Shown: positions 10,173 to 20,124 of the stretch, piece by piece
Position numbering within the stretch: the first letter of the stretch is position 1
Layout: every line of letters starts with the position of its first letter
Origin: an uncultured Actinomycetes bacterium
GTDB lineage: Bacteria > Actinomycetota > Thermoleophilia > Gaiellales > Gaiellaceae
Length of the DNA: 64,000 bases
Assembly: GCA_963761485.1 (NCBI GenBank)
Contig: CAVXGP010000005.1
Coordinates: forward strand, 352,787-416,786
Reading direction: 5' to 3'
Translations under genes and position numbers: made by a program
The notes under the pieces: generated by a model
What the model was told of the DNA's origin: nothing
What the model saw: the letters and a program-made list of their open reading frames with translations, nothing else
Database searches by the model: none

Positions 10173-10853
10173 GTGGCGAAGATCAGCCAGGAGCGCCAGC
10201 TGCTTGCCGGCAACTCGAGTGTCGTCGTCGCCGAGGTGATACGCCAGGCGATCGTCGACGGAGGACTCGCGCCGGGGGCCCGCCTGAAGGAGGAGGAGCT
10301 CGCTCGTGAGCTCGGCATGAGCCGCACGCCGGTCCGGGAAGCCTTGCTGGTGCTGCAGGCGGAGGGTCTCGTCGACGCGGCTCCGAACCGGGGTTCAACG
10401 GTGCGCGTGCACGACGCCGAAGACCTGGACGACCTCTATCAGCTCCGCGCGCTCCTGGAGGGCTACGCAGCAAGAAAGGCGGCTGCACGCGCGACCGAGG
10501 ATCTCGTTCGGAAGCTCTGGGCGAGCTGCGATCGGTTCGAGAAAGTGTCAGAGGGCGATGTGCGCGCCCTGGTCAAGGAGAACCTCGTGTTCCACAACGC
10601 GATCCTCGAGGCAGCGGGCAGCGCCCGCGTGGCCGGCATGGTGCGCAAGGTGATCGAGCTGCCGCTCGTCTACAAGTCGTACATCTGGTACTCGCCAGAG
10701 CAACGCCGGATCTCGGCCCACTACCACAGGCAGATCGCCAGGGCGCTCGAGAGCCGCGACGGGGAGCGCGCCGAGCTGGTGATGAAGGAGCACGTCTTCG
10801 AGGCGCGCGACTTGCTCGTAACACGCGTTCGCGAGCTGGAAGACAACGGGTGA
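10173..10853 (+). CDS. GntR family transcriptional regulator (FadR/FCD subfamily)
   Basis: The ORF is 226 aa with a GTG start. The wHTH is LKEEELARELGMSRTPVREALLVLQAEGLV, followed by an all-helical FCD-like C-terminal domain. Its stop overlaps the next start (GTGA). Confidence 0.85.
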   Translation: MAKISQERQLLAGNSSVVVAEVIRQAIVDGGLAPGARLKEEELARELGMSRTPVREALLVLQAEGLVDAAPNRGSTVRVHDAEDLDDLYQLRALLEGYAARKAAARATEDLVRKLWASCDRFEKVSEGDVRALVKENLVFHNAILEAAGSARVAGMVRKVIELPLVYKSYIWYSPEQRRISAHYHRQIARALESRDGERAELVMKEHVFEARDLLVTRVRELEDNG

Positions 10854-12100
10854 GCGACGCCGCGCTCGCCACGGAAGGAGCCCCGCGGGACACGAGCGGC
10901 CCGGGTCCTCTTGCGGGTGTCCGTGTGCTCGAGCTCGGCATGCTGCTCGCCGGACCCTTCACCGGGCGTCTGCTCGGAGACATGGGCGCCGAGATCATCA
11001 AGGTCGAGCCACCCGGGAAGCCGGATCCACTGCGCGAGTGGGGCCATGCGCGCTACGAGGGCCGCTCTCTGTGGTGGCCGGTGCAGTCTCGAAACAAGAA
11101 GTGCGTCACTCTCGACCTTCGTCAGGAGCGGGGCCAGGCCCTCCTGGTCGAGCTCGCGAGGTGTTCCGACGTTCTCGTGGAGAACTTCCGGCCGGGGACC
11201 CTCGAGAAGTGGAGTGTCGGCCCGGCTCAGCTCTGGGAGGCCAACGCGAGGCTCGTCATCGCGCGCGTGTCGGGTTACGGCCAGACGGGCCCGTACGCTC
11301 CACGGGCTGGTTTCGCCTCCGTGGCCGAGGCGATGGGCGGAGTTCGCTACCTGAACGGCTTTCCGGGCCAGCCGCCTCCGCGCATGCACATCTCGCTCGG
11401 CGACTCCCTAGCGGGGATGTTCGCCTCGATGGGTGTTCTCGCCGCCCTGTACAAGCGCGACGCCCTTGGGTTCGGCCGCGGGCAAGTGGTGGACGTCTCG
11501 CTGGTCGAGTCGTGCTTCGCGCTGCTGGAGAGCACGGTCCCTGAGTTCGACCGCCTCGACATCGTGCGTGGTCCGGGCGGAACGGGGCTGAAAGGAGTCG
11601 CGCCCTCGAACATCTTCAAGTCGCGCGACGGTAGGTGGATGGTGATCGCCGCGAACGCCGACGGCGTTTTCGCTCGTCTCTGTGAGGCGATGGGGAAGCC
11701 GGACCTCGCGAGTGACCCCAGATTTGCCACCCACCTCGCGCGCGGTGAGAACCAGGAGGCGATCGAGGCGATCGTCCGCGACTGGGCAGCGGAGCGTGAT
11801 GTCGACGAGATCGACCGCGTCCTCAACGAGGCAGGCGTGATCTGCGGGCCCATCTACACGATCGCCGACATCTTCGAGGACGAGCACTTCTGGGCCCGCG
11901 AGATGCTGCTCGAGCATGTGGACCCCGGGTTCGGGGAGTACATCGGCCCGGGGATCGTGCCCAAGTTCTCCGAGACCCCGGGTGCTGTGCGGTGGTCCGG
12001 GACCTGGGACGAGGGGAGCCACAACTCCGAGGTGTACGGCGGCCTGCTCGGTCTTGCGGACCACGAGATCGAGCACCTGAAGGCGGAAGGAGTCCTGTGA
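10850..12100 (+). CDS. family III CoA-transferase (CaiB/BaiF)
   Basis: The ORF is 416 aa. GVRVLELGMLLAGPFTGRLLGDMGAEIIKVEPPGKPDP is the typical N-terminus. Confidence 0.9.
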   Translation: MSDAALATEGAPRDTSGPGPLAGVRVLELGMLLAGPFTGRLLGDMGAEIIKVEPPGKPDPLREWGHARYEGRSLWWPVQSRNKKCVTLDLRQERGQALLVELARCSDVLVENFRPGTLEKWSVGPAQLWEANARLVIARVSGYGQTGPYAPRAGFASVAEAMGGVRYLNGFPGQPPPRMHISLGDSLAGMFASMGVLAALYKRDALGFGRGQVVDVSLVESCFALLESTVPEFDRLDIVRGPGGTGLKGVAPSNIFKSRDGRWMVIAANADGVFARLCEAMGKPDLASDPRFATHLARGENQEAIEAIVRDWAAERDVDEIDRVLNEAGVICGPIYTIADIFEDEHFWAREMLLEHVDPGFGEYIGPGIVPKFSETPGAVRWSGTWDEGSHNSEVYGGLLGLADHEIEHLKAEGVL

Positions 12101-12990
12101 GGATCGCGATCTGCGACGTCGGTCCGAGAGACGGGCTCCAGAACGATCCCAAGGTCCTCGAGCCCGAGACCCGTGCGGAGCTCGTCAACCGACTCGCCAG
12201 GGCGGGCTTGCCCCGGATCGAGGCGGTCAGCTTCGTCAACCCGGAGCGCGTCCCGCAGATGGCGGGGGCGGAGCAGGTCGTCACAGGGATCGAGCGAGCG
12301 CCAGGTGTTCTCTATGCCGGGCTCGTGCTCAATGAGAAGGGCTATGACCGTCTTGCGGAGACGAACCTCGACGAGGTGCACTTCGCCTTTGCCGCGACGG
12401 AGACGTTCAACAGGCGCAACTCGAACGCCTCGGTCGAGGAGTCGCTGCAAACGGCGGAGCGGATCGTGGCGCGAGCACGCGACGACGGCATCCGCGCGAC
12501 GGTCACGATCGGGGCGTCTTTCGGCTGCCCCTTCGAGGGCAAGGTCGAGCCCGGGTGGATTCAGGAGCTCGCCGGGAGGCTCGTGGAGGCGCGCCCCGAC
12601 GAGGTCGTCTTTGCCGACACGATCGGCGTCGCAGTGCCGAGCCAGGTCAGGAACGTCGTCGCCGAGGGCGTGAAGCTCGGGAAACCCGTCGGCTTCCACG
12701 GTCACAACACGCGCAACACGGGCTTCGTGAACGCGTACGCGGCGATCGAGGCGGGCGCCTCCGCACTCGATGCGTCCGTCGGCGGCCTGGGTGGCTGCCC
12801 CTTTGCGCCGCGTGCCACGGGCAACATCAGCACCGAGGATCTCGTATACATGCTCCACGGGGAGGGGATCGAGACGGGGGTCGACCTCGACGAGCTCATC
12901 TCCGTCGCGGGCTGGCTCGAGGGAGTCCTCGAGCGGCAGCTGGACGGTCAGGTCTACCGCGCAGGGACGTTCGCTCCGGTCGCGGGCTAA
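12097..12990 (+). CDS. hydroxymethylglutaryl-CoA lyase-like (HMGL family) lyase
   Basis: GTG at 12097 lies in the frame of ORF 11992..12990 and overlaps the upstream stop (GTGA). The motif is ICDVGPRDGLQNDPKVL...IEAVSFVNPERVPQM. Confidence 0.85.
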   Translation: MRIAICDVGPRDGLQNDPKVLEPETRAELVNRLARAGLPRIEAVSFVNPERVPQMAGAEQVVTGIERAPGVLYAGLVLNEKGYDRLAETNLDEVHFAFAATETFNRRNSNASVEESLQTAERIVARARDDGIRATVTIGASFGCPFEGKVEPGWIQELAGRLVEARPDEVVFADTIGVAVPSQVRNVVAEGVKLGKPVGFHGHNTRNTGFVNAYAAIEAGASALDASVGGLGGCPFAPRATGNISTEDLVYMLHGEGIETGVDLDELISVAGWLEGVLERQLDGQVYRAGTFAPVAG

Positions 12991-13006
12991 CAGCAAGGAG
13001 GAAGGT

Positions 13007-15067
13007 ATGGCCTACAGGCTCGGAGTCGACGTGGGTGGGACGTTCACCGATCTCTTCCTCGTCAGCGACTCGGACGGCGGCGCGCAGTTCCGCGTCAAGA
13101 CCCCGTCCACGCCTGCCGATCCCTCGCAGGGGGTGCTGAGCGGCGTCGGCCGTATCTGCGACGAGGCGGGCATCGAAGTCTCGGAGCTTCGCAACATCCT
13201 CCACGGGACGACCGTGGCCACGAACGCGGTGCTCGAGTCGAAAGGCGCCCGCGTGGGGCTCATCACGACGGCCGGGTTCAAGCAGATCCTTCATCTCGCC
13301 CGCTCGCAGACGCCGGGGCCGCTCGCGGGCTGGATCATCATGGTCAAACCCGATCCGCCGTCGTCGCTCGCCGACACGCGCGAGGCGGTCGAGCGAATGG
13401 ACGCCCGCGGCGCCACCGTGGTGCCGGTCGACGAGCACCAGGTCGAGGACATCGTTCGCGACCTCGTCGACTCGGGCGTCGAATCCCTCACGGTGGGCCT
13501 GATCAACTCGTACGTCAACCCGGCGCACGAGGAGCAGATCGGCGCAATCGTCGAGCGGCTCTACCCGGGCTTCCCGGTGACGTTGTCAGCGCACGTTCTA
13601 CCGGAGTTCCGCGAGTACGAGCGGACGCTGACAGCGTGCATGAACTCCTACGTCCGGCCGCGCGTCGCGAGCTACGTGAACCAACTCCAGTCGGAGCTGA
13701 AAGGGATAGGCGCCAGGGCGGAGGTCAACCTCCTTCGCTCGGACGCGGGGCTGATGACCATCACGGAGGCGACCCGGAACCCGATCTACGGAATCTTGTC
13801 GGGCCCGTCCGGCGGCGTCGCGGGAGCTCTCTACGTCGCAAGCAACGCCGGGTTCGAGAACATCCTCACCTTCGACATGGGCGGCACGTCCACCGACGTG
13901 GCGCTGTGTCAGAACGGCGAGCCGACGATCGGCCGCGACACCTCGATCGGCCAGTTCCGGATCAAGGTGCCGTCGGTCAACGTCCATACGGTCGGGGCGG
14001 GCGGCGGCTCGATCGCCCATGTACCCGAGCTGACGAAGGCGCTGCGCGTCGGCCCCCAATCGGCTGGCGCCGACCCCGGTCCCGCCGCCTACGGGAAGAA
14101 CGGCACCGAGCCCACCGTCACCGACGCGAACGTCGTCCTGGGCCACTTGCCGCCGCGGCTGCTCGGCGGTGAGATGGAGCTCGACGTCGACGCGGCTCGT
14201 GTCGCGGTGCAGCAGGTAGCGGACGCGATGGGGCTCGCCTCGGTCGAGGAGGCGGCGGAAGGAATCATCGCCATCGTCAACGAGAACATGGCGGGCGCGC
14301 TCCGGCTCGTCTCGGTGCAGCGTGGTCACGACCCCCGCGAGTTCGCCCTGGTCGCGTATGGAGGCGCGGGGCCCCTCCATGCGAACGCGGTGGCGGAGAT
14401 CATGGGCTCCTTCCCTGTGCTCGTGCCGCCGGCGCCTGGACTGCTCTGCGCCATCGGCGACCTCGTCGCCGACTTCCGAGACGAGTTTGCTCAGACCTAC
14501 ATCCGTGTCCTTCCCGAGGCGGACCAGGGTGACGTCGCCGCGATCCTGGACGGCCTCGGCGATCGCGCGAATGCGTTCCTCGACGGCGAGGGGATCGAGC
14601 CCGACCGCCAGCACATCGCGTACACGGCGGACATGCGCTACCACCGTCAGGGCTACGAGATCCCGGTTCCGATCGATCCCGCGGATGCCCGCGCAAACGG
14701 GCTCAGGGGGCTCGAAGAGCGGTTCAACGCGCTGCACCAGCAGCTCTACGGCTTCCGCATGCACGACACTCAGGCGGAGATCGTCAACCTCCGCGCAGTC
14801 GGCGCCGGGGTTGTCCCGAAACCGCCGCTACCAAGGGGCGAGCGGGGGCCAGCCGACGCGTCGAGCGCGGTGGTCGAGGAGCACGCAATCACGTTCCGCG
14901 GCGAGAGCGTCGTGACCAGGATCTACGACCGGGCGCAGCTCAGCCCTGGGATGCGACTCGACGGTCCGGCGATCGTCACCGAGTTCGACTCCACCACGGT
15001 GGTCCTTCCTGGATACGTGGCCGAGGTCGACCGAAACTTCAACATCCTGATCAACCCGGGGAGCTGA
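13007..15067 (+). CDS. hyuA: hydantoinase/oxoprolinase A subunit (N-methylhydantoinase A family), copy 1
   Basis: ATG at 13007 follows AGGAGGAAGG. The N-terminus is MAYRLGVDVGGTFTDLFLV. The protein is 686 aa. Confidence 0.9.
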   Translation: MAYRLGVDVGGTFTDLFLVSDSDGGAQFRVKTPSTPADPSQGVLSGVGRICDEAGIEVSELRNILHGTTVATNAVLESKGARVGLITTAGFKQILHLARSQTPGPLAGWIIMVKPDPPSSLADTREAVERMDARGATVVPVDEHQVEDIVRDLVDSGVESLTVGLINSYVNPAHEEQIGAIVERLYPGFPVTLSAHVLPEFREYERTLTACMNSYVRPRVASYVNQLQSELKGIGARAEVNLLRSDAGLMTITEATRNPIYGILSGPSGGVAGALYVASNAGFENILTFDMGGTSTDVALCQNGEPTIGRDTSIGQFRIKVPSVNVHTVGAGGGSIAHVPELTKALRVGPQSAGADPGPAAYGKNGTEPTVTDANVVLGHLPPRLLGGEMELDVDAARVAVQQVADAMGLASVEEAAEGIIAIVNENMAGALRLVSVQRGHDPREFALVAYGGAGPLHANAVAEIMGSFPVLVPPAPGLLCAIGDLVADFRDEFAQTYIRVLPEADQGDVAAILDGLGDRANAFLDGEGIEPDRQHIAYTADMRYHRQGYEIPVPIDPADARANGLRGLEERFNALHQQLYGFRMHDTQAEIVNLRAVGAGVVPKPPLPRGERGPADASSAVVEEHAITFRGESVVTRIYDRAQLSPGMRLDGPAIVTEFDSTTVVLPGYVAEVDRNFNILINPGS

Positions 15068-15075
15068 CGACGCAC

Positions 15076-17004
15076 ATGACGACGACGACGAGAGACGAGC
15101 TACGGATCGCCGAGATCCCGACCGGGATCGACATCGATCCGGTCACGCTCGACATCATCGAGGGAGCCCTGAAGAGCGCCCGTTTCGAGATGGACGCGGT
15201 GCTGTTCCGGTCGGCCATGAGCCCCGTGATTCGCGAGCAGCACGACGAGTTCCCGATGATCACCGACCCCCGCGGCCGCATGGTGGTGGGCCAGTTCGGC
15301 GCCTACATCAACGAGATGATGGCCGAGTGGGATCGCGGTATCTACCCCGGTGACGTCATCCTCACGTCCGACCCGTTCAAGTGCTCGGCCTCGATCTCCC
15401 ACACGAACGACTGGCTCGTGCTGTTGCCGATCTTCTACGAGGACGAGCTCGTGGGCTGGTCGAGTCAGTTCGGCCATCAAATGGACGCGGGCGGTCCCTT
15501 GCCCGGCTCGCTCCCGACCGGGGCGCGAACGATCTTCGAAGAGGGGATCATCATTCCGCCGCTCAAGATCATCGAGCGCGGCGTCCCTGCGGACGATGTG
15601 CTCAGGCTGATCTTCAACAACGTCCGCCTGCCCGAGATGAACCGCGCAGACCTGTTCGCGATCGTGGCGGGATGTCGTGCAGGCGAGAAGCGCGTCATCG
15701 AGCTCTGCGACCGCTTCGGCAAGGAGACGTACCTGGCCGCGCTGCAGGCGTTGCTCGACCGCACCTTCAACGCGATGAAGTTCCTGATCTCGGTCGCCAT
15801 ACCCGAGCAGCCGCAGACGTTCGTGGATTGGGTCGACGACGACGGCCTGGGCAACGGCCCGTTCAAGATGCAGCTGACGATCTGGCGGGAAGGCGAGCAC
15901 GCCTTCTTCGACTGGTCCGGGACCGACCCGCAGGCCCTCGGCCCGATCAACTTCTACCTCTCCGAGGGCATGTTCAAGATGTTCATCGGGGTCTACCTGA
16001 TCATGGTCAACGACCCCCAGATCCTGTTCAACGACGGCTTCTACCCGCTGCTCCACGTGGTGATGCCGAAGGGGTCGCTGCTGAATCCGCACTATCCGGC
16101 GGCACTGGGGTGCCGAACCCACGCACTCACCCGGCTGTTCGACGTGCTCGGGGGCGCGCTCTGCAAGCAGGCACCGGAGCTCAACACCGCGGCCGGCTAC
16201 GGCACGAGCCCGTACATGCTGTACTCGGGCTGGGATGGAGAGGGCGACTTCTTCTACTCGATGGAGATCCTGTACGGCGGCATACCGGGCAGACCGATCG
16301 GCGACGGGATGGACGGCCACTCGTGGTGGCCGCTGTTCGAGAACATCCCGACCGAATACCTCGAGGCTTACTACCCACTACGGATCGACGGCTACACGAC
16401 CGTCACCGACTCGGGAGGGCCCGGATTGCACCGGGGCGGAAACGGTGTGGAGAAGCGCTATGTCTACCTGGAGCCAGGCGAGGTCTCGATCCACGACGAT
16501 CGCTGGCTGACCCCGCCCTGGGGCGTGCTCGGCGGCCTCCCCGGGAGGCGTTCCACCAAGCTCCTCCGTCGGGCAGACGGAACGGAAGAGGTCTTGCCGT
16601 CGAAGTGCGACAACGTCAAGGTCGAAGCCGGCGACATGCTCATCTACCGCACGGCCGGCGGCGGCGGCTGGAAGGACCGGCTCGAGAGGCCGGCAGACGT
16701 CGTCGCCCGCGACGTGTCGTTCGGTCTCGTCAGCCGAGCCTGGGCCCGAGAGGGCTACGGGGTCGTCATCGCGGACGACGGGTCGGTCGACGAGACGGCC
16801 ACCGAGGCCGAGCGAGAGCGTCAACGCGCCGAACGGGGCGAGGCGCCCGCGTTCGACTTCGGTGCCCCGCTCGAGGACGTGATCGCAAACTGCAAGGCGG
16901 AGACCGGTCTCGAGCCCCCAACGCCGGCACGCCCGCTGCGGTGGGCCCCGCTGGAGCCCGGGGAAGACGCGCTGGCCCGCGTTCGCGCAGGGGACTCCGT
17001 CTAG
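15076..17004 (+). CDS. hyuB: hydantoinase B/oxoprolinase subunit (N-methylhydantoinase B family), copy 1
   Basis: The ORF is 642 aa. It starts 8 nt after hyuA and has the family-typical DPVTLDIIEGALKSARFEMDAVLFRSAMSPVIREQHD. Confidence 0.9.
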   Translation: MTTTTRDELRIAEIPTGIDIDPVTLDIIEGALKSARFEMDAVLFRSAMSPVIREQHDEFPMITDPRGRMVVGQFGAYINEMMAEWDRGIYPGDVILTSDPFKCSASISHTNDWLVLLPIFYEDELVGWSSQFGHQMDAGGPLPGSLPTGARTIFEEGIIIPPLKIIERGVPADDVLRLIFNNVRLPEMNRADLFAIVAGCRAGEKRVIELCDRFGKETYLAALQALLDRTFNAMKFLISVAIPEQPQTFVDWVDDDGLGNGPFKMQLTIWREGEHAFFDWSGTDPQALGPINFYLSEGMFKMFIGVYLIMVNDPQILFNDGFYPLLHVVMPKGSLLNPHYPAALGCRTHALTRLFDVLGGALCKQAPELNTAAGYGTSPYMLYSGWDGEGDFFYSMEILYGGIPGRPIGDGMDGHSWWPLFENIPTEYLEAYYPLRIDGYTTVTDSGGPGLHRGGNGVEKRYVYLEPGEVSIHDDRWLTPPWGVLGGLPGRRSTKLLRRADGTEEVLPSKCDNVKVEAGDMLIYRTAGGGGWKDRLERPADVVARDVSFGLVSRAWAREGYGVVIADDGSVDETATEAERERQRAERGEAPAFDFGAPLEDVIANCKAETGLEPPTPARPLRWAPLEPGEDALARVRAGDSV

Positions 17005-17009
17005 CGGAG

Positions 17010-17633
17010 ATGCGATACGAGGGCTTTCACGGGCGAGCCGGCTTCGGGGCCCGGCCGGCGCTGATCGTGATCGACGTCAACGTCGGCTTCACGGCGCCCG
17101 ACTCGCCACTCGCCTGCGACCTCGAGGAGGTCGTCGCCGCGATCCAGCAGCTGCTCGAGGAAGCGCGACGAGCGGACATTCCGATCGTCTTCACCACCGT
17201 GTCGTATACGGAGGGAGACAAGCGGACGGCGGCCGCCTTCATCGACAAGGTGCCCGCGTTGCTCACCCTGCAAGCCGGGAGCAGATGGGTGGAGATCGAC
17301 CCGCGCATAGCACCGAGAGAGAACGAGCCTGTGGTGAACAAGCTGTTCGCCTCGGCATTCTTCGGCACGGCGCTCTCGAGCCTCCTCGCCGCGAACTGGT
17401 GCGACAGCCTGATCGTGACGGGCGCGTCCACCTCGGGGTGCGTGCGTGCGACCGCCGTCGATGCGCTCCAGCACGGCTACCGGCCGATCGTGCCTCGAGA
17501 GGCGGTGGGCGACCGCAACGCGGACGCGCACGTCGCCAACCTCTACGACCTGGACGCGAAGTACGCCGACGTCGTGTCGTTGGCCGAGGTCATCGAGTAC
17601 TTGGAGGAGCTCGTTGCCGCACACGCTCGCTGA
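17010..17633 (+). CDS. isochorismatase-like cysteine hydrolase (N-carbamoylsarcosine amidase / biuret hydrolase-type family), copy 1
   Basis: ATG at 17010 is in the frame of ORF 15381..17633. D-K-C triad contexts are LIVIDVNVGF, VVNKLFASAF and TGASTSGCVRATA. Confidence 0.85.
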   Translation: MRYEGFHGRAGFGARPALIVIDVNVGFTAPDSPLACDLEEVVAAIQQLLEEARRADIPIVFTTVSYTEGDKRTAAAFIDKVPALLTLQAGSRWVEIDPRIAPRENEPVVNKLFASAFFGTALSSLLAANWCDSLIVTGASTSGCVRATAVDALQHGYRPIVPREAVGDRNADAHVANLYDLDAKYADVVSLAEVIEYLEELVAAHAR

Positions 17634-18888
17634 GAAGATTCTGCTCGCGCACACCGACGGCGACGACGTCCGGCCGGGAGACGTCGTCATGGTGCGGTGC
17701 GATGTCGTGATGGCAAACGACGTCTCGGGCCCGGTCGCGTTCCGGCAGATGGAGAAGATGGGGGCGAGCAAGGTCTTCGACCCGAGCAAGGTGGTCATGG
17801 TCGCCGACCACTTCATGCCGGCGAAGGACGCCCGCTCGGCGGAGCTCCAGAGGCGGCTCAAGGAGTGGTCGGACGGGCAGGACGTGACGTTCTACGGGCA
17901 GGGGCGCGGCGGCATCGAGCACACGCTCCTGTGCGAGGAGGGCTGGGTCGTTCCCGGGTCGGTGATCGCCGGCGGTGATTCGCACACCTGCACCTACGGG
18001 GCGCTCGCTGCCTTCGGCACCGGGCTCGGCTCGACCGACATCGCCCACTGCCTCGCATTCGGCGAGTTCTGGCAGGCCGTCCCCGCCACGATCCGGGTCG
18101 AGTTCACCGGCGAGAAGGGCCGCTTCGTCTCGGGTAAGGACCTGATCCTCGCCGTGATCGGGGAGCTCGGCGTCGGGGGAGGCACGAACTCCGCGCTCGA
18201 GTTCATGGGAGAGGGCGCCGAGGTGCTCACGATCGACGAGCGTCTGGCAGTGGCCAACATGGCCGTCGAGGCCGGGGCCGAAACCGGTCTCTTCGCCGCC
18301 GACGAGAAGGTGGCCGAGTACCTGGAGGGCCGTACCGACACGCCGTGGGCGTCGCAGCGTTCCGATACAGACGCCGAGTTCGCGCGCAGCCTGCGCATCG
18401 ACCTGGACGAGCTCTCACCGCTGGTTGCGCTCCCACATCTGCCGGGTAACGTCGTGCCGATCGCGGATGTGATCGGCACGAAGGTCGACCAGGTCTACAT
18501 CGGAAACTGCTCGAACGGAACGATGACCGACCTCCGCCAGACGGGGGAGATCCTGCGTGGTCACCGCGTGCACCGGGACACCCGGATGATCGTGGTCCCG
18601 GCGACACAGCGCATCTACCGCGAGGCGATGAGGGAGGGCCTGCTCGACCTCTTCGTCGAGGCGGGCGCGATGGTCTCGACGCCGACCTGCGGCGCGTGCT
18701 TCGGCGGGGGCATGGGCGTGCTCGGTGCGGGCGAGAGAGCCGTGACGACGACGAACCGCAACTTCAAGGGCAGGATGGGCTCACCCGAAGCTGAGGTCTG
18801 CCTGGCGAACGCGTACGTTGCTGCAGCTGCGGCCGTCGCCGGCGAGATCGTCGATCCGACCGAGGTGCTCGCGGGGGTCAGCGCGTGA
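17614..18888 (+). CDS. aconitase-superfamily dehydratase large subunit (LeuC/HacA-like)
   Basis: TTG at 17614 follows GGAGGAG and is in the frame of ORF 17446..18888. The sequence LPHTLAEKILLAH...GGDSHTCTYGA...GNCSNG...CGACFGG includes the three Fe-S cluster Cys contexts. Confidence 0.85.
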   Translation: MPHTLAEKILLAHTDGDDVRPGDVVMVRCDVVMANDVSGPVAFRQMEKMGASKVFDPSKVVMVADHFMPAKDARSAELQRRLKEWSDGQDVTFYGQGRGGIEHTLLCEEGWVVPGSVIAGGDSHTCTYGALAAFGTGLGSTDIAHCLAFGEFWQAVPATIRVEFTGEKGRFVSGKDLILAVIGELGVGGGTNSALEFMGEGAEVLTIDERLAVANMAVEAGAETGLFAADEKVAEYLEGRTDTPWASQRSDTDAEFARSLRIDLDELSPLVALPHLPGNVVPIADVIGTKVDQVYIGNCSNGTMTDLRQTGEILRGHRVHRDTRMIVVPATQRIYREAMREGLLDLFVEAGAMVSTPTCGACFGGGMGVLGAGERAVTTTNRNFKGRMGSPEAEVCLANAYVAAAAAVAGEIVDPTEVLAGVSA

Positions 18889-19376
18889 TCATCGAGGGCC
18901 GGGCCGTCGTCATCACCGGAGACGACCTCGACACCGACGTCATGTACCCGGGGGCTTTCCTCAACATCGATGATCCGGATCAGATGAAGCCGTATCTCTT
19001 CGACGGCTTCGATCCTTCGCTCCGCGACGAGCTCGGCGACGACACGCTCCTCGTCACGGGCATGAACTTCGGCATCGGCTCCTCGCGTGAGCACGTGGTG
19101 CAGGCGCTGAAGGCCTGGGGAGTCCAGGGTGTCGTCGGGAAGAGCTTCGCGCGCATCTTCCGGCGCAACTGCGTCAATCTCGGGCTGCCGGTGCTGGAGT
19201 GCCCGGACGCCGCCGAAGCAGCGCGGCCCGGTTCTCGAATCCGGATCGACACCGAGACCGGCGCCGTCGACGTGGACGGCCAGACGTTCCAGGGGCACCC
19301 GATCCCGCAGCTCGTGCTGGAGCTCCAGGCTTCCGGCGGCCTCGTTCCCTGGGCGCGCGAGCGCCTGGGCGCATGA
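18885..19376 (+). CDS. aconitase-superfamily dehydratase small subunit (LeuD-like)
   Basis: The ORF is 163 aa with a GTGA overlap. The motifs are TDVMYPGAF...GMNFGIGSSREHVVQAL. Confidence 0.85.
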   Translation: MIIEGRAVVITGDDLDTDVMYPGAFLNIDDPDQMKPYLFDGFDPSLRDELGDDTLLVTGMNFGIGSSREHVVQALKAWGVQGVVGKSFARIFRRNCVNLGLPVLECPDAAEAARPGSRIRIDTETGAVDVDGQTFQGHPIPQLVLELQASGGLVPWARERLGA

Positions 19377-20116
19377 TCGTCCGCGATCGCGGTGATTCCT
19401 GGCAGGTCGTGCTCCAGACGGACCACGCCGACCTCTCGGGGGCCTTCGCGCGTGCGTGGTCGGACCGCGGGTCGCGGGAGGACTCGCTCGTGCTTGCCAC
19501 CGCGCGCCACGACGACGGCTGGGCCGTCTGGGAGCGGGCGCCTCTGCTGGAGCCCCAGACCGGAAAGCCGACCAACTTCCTCGACGTGGGGGTGCCGGCC
19601 CACCTCGCTTTCTACCGCGCCTGCATCGCCGCGGTCGGCGACCAAGACCCCTACGCCGGACTCCTCGTGTCGATGCACGGCGCAGGCATCTACCGGCAGC
19701 GGTACGGCACGGATCCCGCACTGGTGCTCACCCATGCCAAGGAGGTCGCCGAGCAGGTCGACGAGTTCGTCGCCGAGCAGGAAGCTTCACACGCTGACCG
19801 ACTCGCTGCGGCCGGCTGCTCGGACGAAGAGCGGTGGGACGACTACCACCGACTCCAGCTCTACGACCGGCTCTCGCTCTACTTTTGCATGCGAGACGCC
19901 GAGAACGGGGAGGCGTGGGAGATCGGGGACTACAGGCTCGCGCCGATCTCCGCCTGGCGCGTGAGCATCGACCCCTACCCGTTCGTCGACAGCCCGGCCC
20001 GCTTCTCGCTCCTCCGCCGGCTGGTGCCGAAACGCGTGCGTACCCAGGAAGAGTTCCCGGCGGAGTTCTTCGCGCTTGCTCCGGAGCAGGTCGAGATCAC
20101 GTTCGAGCGACGCTAG
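19373..20116 (+). CDS. conserved hypothetical protein (DUF3891-like, tentative)
   Basis: ATG at 19373 overlaps the upstream stop (ATGA). MIVRDRGDSWQVVLQTDHADLSGAFARAW resembles my memory of DUF3891 N-termini. The family name is not verified. Confidence 0.55.
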   Translation: MIVRDRGDSWQVVLQTDHADLSGAFARAWSDRGSREDSLVLATARHDDGWAVWERAPLLEPQTGKPTNFLDVGVPAHLAFYRACIAAVGDQDPYAGLLVSMHGAGIYRQRYGTDPALVLTHAKEVAEQVDEFVAEQEASHADRLAAAGCSDEERWDDYHRLQLYDRLSLYFCMRDAENGEAWEIGDYRLAPISAWRVSIDPYPFVDSPARFSLLRRLVPKRVRTQEEFPAEFFALAPEQVEITFERR

Positions 20117-20124
20117 GAGGAGCC